From an uncultured Armatimonadia bacterium (lineage in GTDB: Bacteria; Armatimonadota; Zipacnadia; CAVVLO01): a stretch of DNA of 64,000 nt. Below the pieces are notes generated by a model, which searched no databases, was not told the DNA's origin, and saw only the letters and a list, made by a program, of their open reading frames with translations. Positions 60,569 to 64,000 of the stretch are shown here, in pieces (within the stretch, counting starts at the first letter, position 1; each line of letters begins with the position of its first letter). The position numbers and the translations under genes were made by a program. Where the stretch lies: positions 352,001 through 416,000 of the forward strand of contig CAVVLO010000005.1 in the NCBI GenBank assembly GCA_963749155.1, read 5' to 3'.

Positions 60569-61595
60569 GCTTGTCCATCACCTGGCGAGTGATAGCTTCG
60601 ATAACAGCGCGGTCGGGCGCTTCGACAGTAGTAGAAGCCACTGGGGCCGTCGCCTTGGTCGAAGGCGTGGGAGCCTTGTCGGCGAAATTGGCCCTGACAT
60701 CGCAGCCACCGCAGTTGAGACAGGCCGGATTGTTGGGGCCGCACAGGCCGTAGGTGCCGAAGACCTTCATCTTCTGCACCGCGACTTCGCGCACGGCGCG
60801 CCTCTGGTGCAGCAGTAGTTCGGTATATTCCGACTTGTCGCCGGCTTCGGTGATATATTCGCGCATATACTGGATGAGGCGCATCTGCATCTCGGTGTAG
60901 ATATTGATTTTCGCGATGCCAAGCGAGATAGCCTTGCGGAAATCGTCGTCCGAGATACCACTGCCTCCGTGCAATACCAGGGGGATGTCGCACAAATCGC
61001 GGATGCGCGCGATCCGGTCGAAATCGAGGTTCGGCTCACCCTTGTAGATGCCATGGACGTTGCCAACGGCAATTGCAAGCGCGTCCACGCCAGTCCGGCG
61101 GACGAACTCGGCGGCGTTTACGGGATCGGTGAAGGCCGCCTCATCAGCGGCTTTCGGGGTTAGCGCGCCTTCACCACCGCCTACATGGCCAAGTTCGGCT
61201 TCGACAGTGACACCGCAAGCATGAGCGAACCGCACGATGTCGGCGGTCTTCTCGACGTTCTCTTCGAAGGGCAGCTTGCTGCCGTCGAACATCACGGAGC
61301 TAAAGCCGGCGCGTATGGCGCGCATTATGGCCTCGAGCGTGACACCATGGTCGAGGTGGACGGCGACAGGGATAGGCGCTTCCTGGGCGACTTTGCGGAT
61401 GGCAGGGGCCAGATCCTCGACTTTCAGGTACTTGAAGTGAACCTCGGCGATCATCAGTATGATAGGTGAGGTAGCCTCGGTGGCGGCTTCTTCGAGGGCT
61501 GCCAGCATCTCGAGGTTAAGCAGGTCGAAACCTCCGACCGCAAACTTGTATTCTTTGGCCTGCGTCAGCAGGTCTCCCATCGGGACAAGGCCCAT
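60555..61595 (-). CDS. fba: Class II fructose/tagatose-bisphosphate aldolase with Cys-rich and encapsulation-peptide-like C-terminal extension
   Basis: VHLDHG, SVMFDGS, EAELGHVGG, GNVHG, LVLHGGSG and KINI motifs; about 60 extra C-terminal residues. Confidence 0.9.
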   Translation of the reverse strand: MGLVPMGDLLTQAKEYKFAVGGFDLLNLEMLAALEEAATEATSPIILMIAEVHFKYLKVEDLAPAIRKVAQEAPIPVAVHLDHGVTLEAIMRAIRAGFSSVMFDGSKLPFEENVEKTADIVRFAHACGVTVEAELGHVGGGEGALTPKAADEAAFTDPVNAAEFVRRTGVDALAIAVGNVHGIYKGEPNLDFDRIARIRDLCDIPLVLHGGSGISDDDFRKAISLGIAKINIYTEMQMRLIQYMREYITEAGDKSEYTELLLHQRRAVREVAVQKMKVFGTYGLCGPNNPACLNCGGCDVRANFADKAPTPSTKATAPVASTTVEAPDRAVIEAITRQVMDKLAGK

Positions 61596-61617
61596 TGTGG
61601 TTCCTCCAGGCTAGAAG

Positions 61618-62817
61618 TCACTCGGATTGTAGCAAATTATACGCATGACGCGCGACCATAACTTCTTCATTAGTGGGAACTACCCAGACTTCGATTGCTG
61701 AATCGGGCGCCGAGATGCGTCTTTCGGCAGGTCCGGAAGCATTGGCGGTCTCATCGAGCCTGAGGCCGACATAGCCAAAAGGCGCCAGGATGGCCGCTCT
61801 GGTGCCTGCTTCGTTCTCGCCGATGCCCCCGCTGAAGGCAATTACATCACAACCAGCGAGGGTGGCCATATAGGCGCCGATATATTTCTGCACCGAGTAG
61901 GCGAGTACCTCCAGGGCAAGCGCGGCGCGTTCGTTGCCAGCTTCTGCGGCTGCCCGGATATCCCGGTTGTCATCCGAAACGCCCGAAAGCGCCAGCAGGC
62001 CGCTCTCCTTCGTCAACTTCTTGATGACGTCCAGGCGCGAAAGGCCCTCTTGTTCCATCGCGAAAAGGAGCGCTTCAGCGTCATAATCGCCCGGACGAGT
62101 CGACATCGGGATGCCCGCCTCGGGGCTGAAGCCGCTCGAGATGTCCACCGACTCGCCTGACAGCACGGCGCAGATACTGCTCCCGCTACCCAGATGGCAG
62201 TTGATTTGGCGCAGTCCCTGGGCAGAGCGCCCAAGCAACTCGGGCACCCGCTCGGCCAGATAACTATGAGACATACTGTGGAAGCCGAACCGGCGCAGAC
62301 CATATTTTTCAATCCAGCTAGCGGGGAAGGCGTAGGTATAGGCTTTCGGCGGCAAGGTCCTGTGGAAACTGGTTTCAAAAACGCCCACCTGGGCAACCTC
62401 GGGGGCGAGTTCGAGGCACAGCTCGACTCCAAGCACCATAAACTGGGTGTGCAGAGGGGCAAGTTTGGCCCCATCGCGCAGCAAAGGCAGCGACTCAAAT
62501 CCCAGTCGCTTGGCGGCTACCTGGTCAGGGCCGCTGTGGATGAGCTTATGGGCGATCGAGTCAAGCTCGGACAGGTCGGTTATGACGCCTTCTTCAGGAT
62601 CCATCAGCAGGGCCAGCGCAGCCTGGATAGCCTCGCGGTGGCCTGGGATTGGCTGCGTACGCACTAGGGCTTCGCGGCCAGCCTTCTGGTGCTTGAGCAC
62701 GGCTTCCTGACTGCCGACGCGCTCGAGGCTGCCTTTGGCAAGTTCCAGTTGCTCGGGCATCTGGTAGGCTCGGTATTTGAAGCTTGAGCCTCCGGAGTTA
62801 ATAGCCAGGATTATCAT
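61618..62817 (-). CDS. ackA: Acetate/propionate family kinase (atypical)
   Basis: INSGGSSFKY, APLH, GFH, HLGSGSS, MSTR, GGIGEN and PTNEE motifs. Confidence 0.88.
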   Translation of the reverse strand: MIILAINSGGSSFKYRAYQMPEQLELAKGSLERVGSQEAVLKHQKAGREALVRTQPIPGHREAIQAALALLMDPEEGVITDLSELDSIAHKLIHSGPDQVAAKRLGFESLPLLRDGAKLAPLHTQFMVLGVELCLELAPEVAQVGVFETSFHRTLPPKAYTYAFPASWIEKYGLRRFGFHSMSHSYLAERVPELLGRSAQGLRQINCHLGSGSSICAVLSGESVDISSGFSPEAGIPMSTRPGDYDAEALLFAMEQEGLSRLDVIKKLTKESGLLALSGVSDDNRDIRAAAEAGNERAALALEVLAYSVQKYIGAYMATLAGCDVIAFSGGIGENEAGTRAAILAPFGYVGLRLDETANASGPAERRISAPDSAIEVWVVPTNEEVMVARHAYNLLQSE

Positions 62818-63545
62818 CGAGCATCCCCTCAGCGGTCAAAGCAGCGCGAGCCGCTTGTTGTTCAGCTTCTTTCTTGGTGCGACCTTCGCCCTGGCCTGGC
62901 GAGCGCCCTGCCACCTGGGCTTCGACCTGGAAGAACGGCTCATGAGGCGGGCCCAAGGAGGCCAGCACAACATAAACAGGCAATTGGCCGTATCGCTGCT
63001 GGCATTCCTGCTGGAAACGCGATTTGAAATCGTAGAACAAGCCCGCCGTGCCTGCCTGGGCCAGTTCTTCAGCCAGCAACAGCGCAACCAGTCGCCTGGA
63101 GCTGGCGTAACCGAGTTGCAAATAGACCGCGCCCAGCACTGCCTCGACTGCGCCAGCCAGGGGCCTTTGGTGCGGCGACCCCGAGCGCCTCGCGGTTGCG
63201 CCACACACCAGCAGAGTATCCAGGCCCCATCTCCTGGCTACCTGGGCAAGCGTGCCGGTGCGCACCAGGGTCGCGCGGATCTTCGAAAGCGCGCCTTCCT
63301 GCAGCTCAGGGAAGCGAGCGTAAAGCTCTTCGGTCACGGCAAGTTCCAGCACGGCATCGCCCAGGAACTCCAGCCGCTCATTATGCTCGAAACCTGTCAA
63401 AGCGGCTTCCTGCACGGCAGATGAATGCACAAGTGCCTGCCGAAGCAGCTCGGGCGCCTTCAGAGACTCTCCCAGCAAGCCTTCGAGCAATACTGCCAGT
63501 CCGGGCAGCTTGCTCGGTAAGCAGGGCTTCTGGAGCGGTGTCCAT
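62798..63545 (-). CDS. rnc: Ribonuclease III, +1 frameshift at ~63503
   Basis: NERLEFLGDAVL and dsRBD (KKEAEQQAA); AGGAGG SD before ATG 63545 in a shifted frame. Confidence 0.92.
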
Positions 63546-63570
63546 CGGGCGGCCTCCTGGGCTGCTAGGG

Positions 63571-64000
63571 TTAGCCTTCGTATTTGGCTAACGCCAGCAC
63601 CGCATTATGCCCGCCGAATCCGAACGAATTACATAGAGCCAGCTTCGCCTTGGTCTCGCGAGGCCCTTCGGGCACGTAATCCAGATCGCACTCGGGATCG
63701 GGCACCTCGTAGTTGGCCGTCTGATGCAGTATGCCGTGCCTTAGCTGCAGTATGGTGGCAATAGCCTCAACCGGTCCGCCAGCGCCCAGCATATGGCCGA
63801 GCATGGACTTGGACGAGTTTACGGCGATATTGCGGGCGTGGTCGCCGAAGAGAGTCTTTATGGCCAGTGTTTCGACCTTGTCGTTGTATTCTGTCGAGGT
63901 GCCGTGGGCGTTGATATAGCCGACGTCCTCCAGATTTGCTTTGGCCAGCTTCAAGGCGCTCTGCATCGCCAGGATAGCGCCTCTGCCCTCGGGATGCGGG
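63571..64000 (-). CDS. fabF: Beta-ketoacyl-ACP synthase II (3' part, truncated by the window edge)
   Basis: YINAHGTST, SKSMLGHMLGA and NSFGFGGHN motifs. Confidence 0.95.
   Translation of the reverse strand, partial: PHPEGRGAILAMQSALKLAKANLEDVGYINAHGTSTEYNDKVETLAIKTLFGDHARNIAVNSSKSMLGHMLGAGGPVEAIATILQLRHGILHQTANYEVPDPECDLDYVPEGPRETKAKLALCNSFGFGGHNAVLALAKYEG

Overview
GC-rich (~60%) bacterial chromosomal segment. A Terrabacteria/Armatimonadota-like origin is inferred only, from the DUF6785-type membrane protein, the URO-D family protein, Obg with a C-terminal extension, L27 without an N-terminal extension and no prp gene. Housekeeping content: maf-mreBCD, trpE-trpGD-trpC-trpB-trpA (no trpF), deoC-like-recO-mpg, six tRNAs, mtaB-mutM, nfeD-slipin, gatCAB, rplU-rpmA-obgE-proBA and fabF-rnc-ackA-fba. 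These are interleaved with many sugar-catabolism genes: Gfo/Idh/MocA oxidoreductases, TIM-barrel epimerases, an ABC permease and binding protein, nagA-sugar kinase-SIS-SIS, and four large secreted glycoside-hydrolase-like proteins. About 13 single-base indels break conserved genes, which points to long-read consensus errors. Main observations: (1) a class II aldolase with a Cys4 motif and a C-terminal microcompartment-type encapsulation peptide, next to an atypical acetate kinase, forming a candidate satellite BMC module; (2) an unnamed domain found in two circularly permuted forms in two secreted proteins; (3) a DeoC homologue lacking its Schiff-base lysine; (4) a recurring SigH-like promoter (GCAGG-N18-NAA) before carbohydrate genes; (5) a possible NagS-type amino-sugar pathway; (6) a decayed EVE-nuclease gene inside an array of small two-helix membrane proteins next to tRNA-Leu. 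No CRISPR array, rRNA, integrase or transposase was seen.
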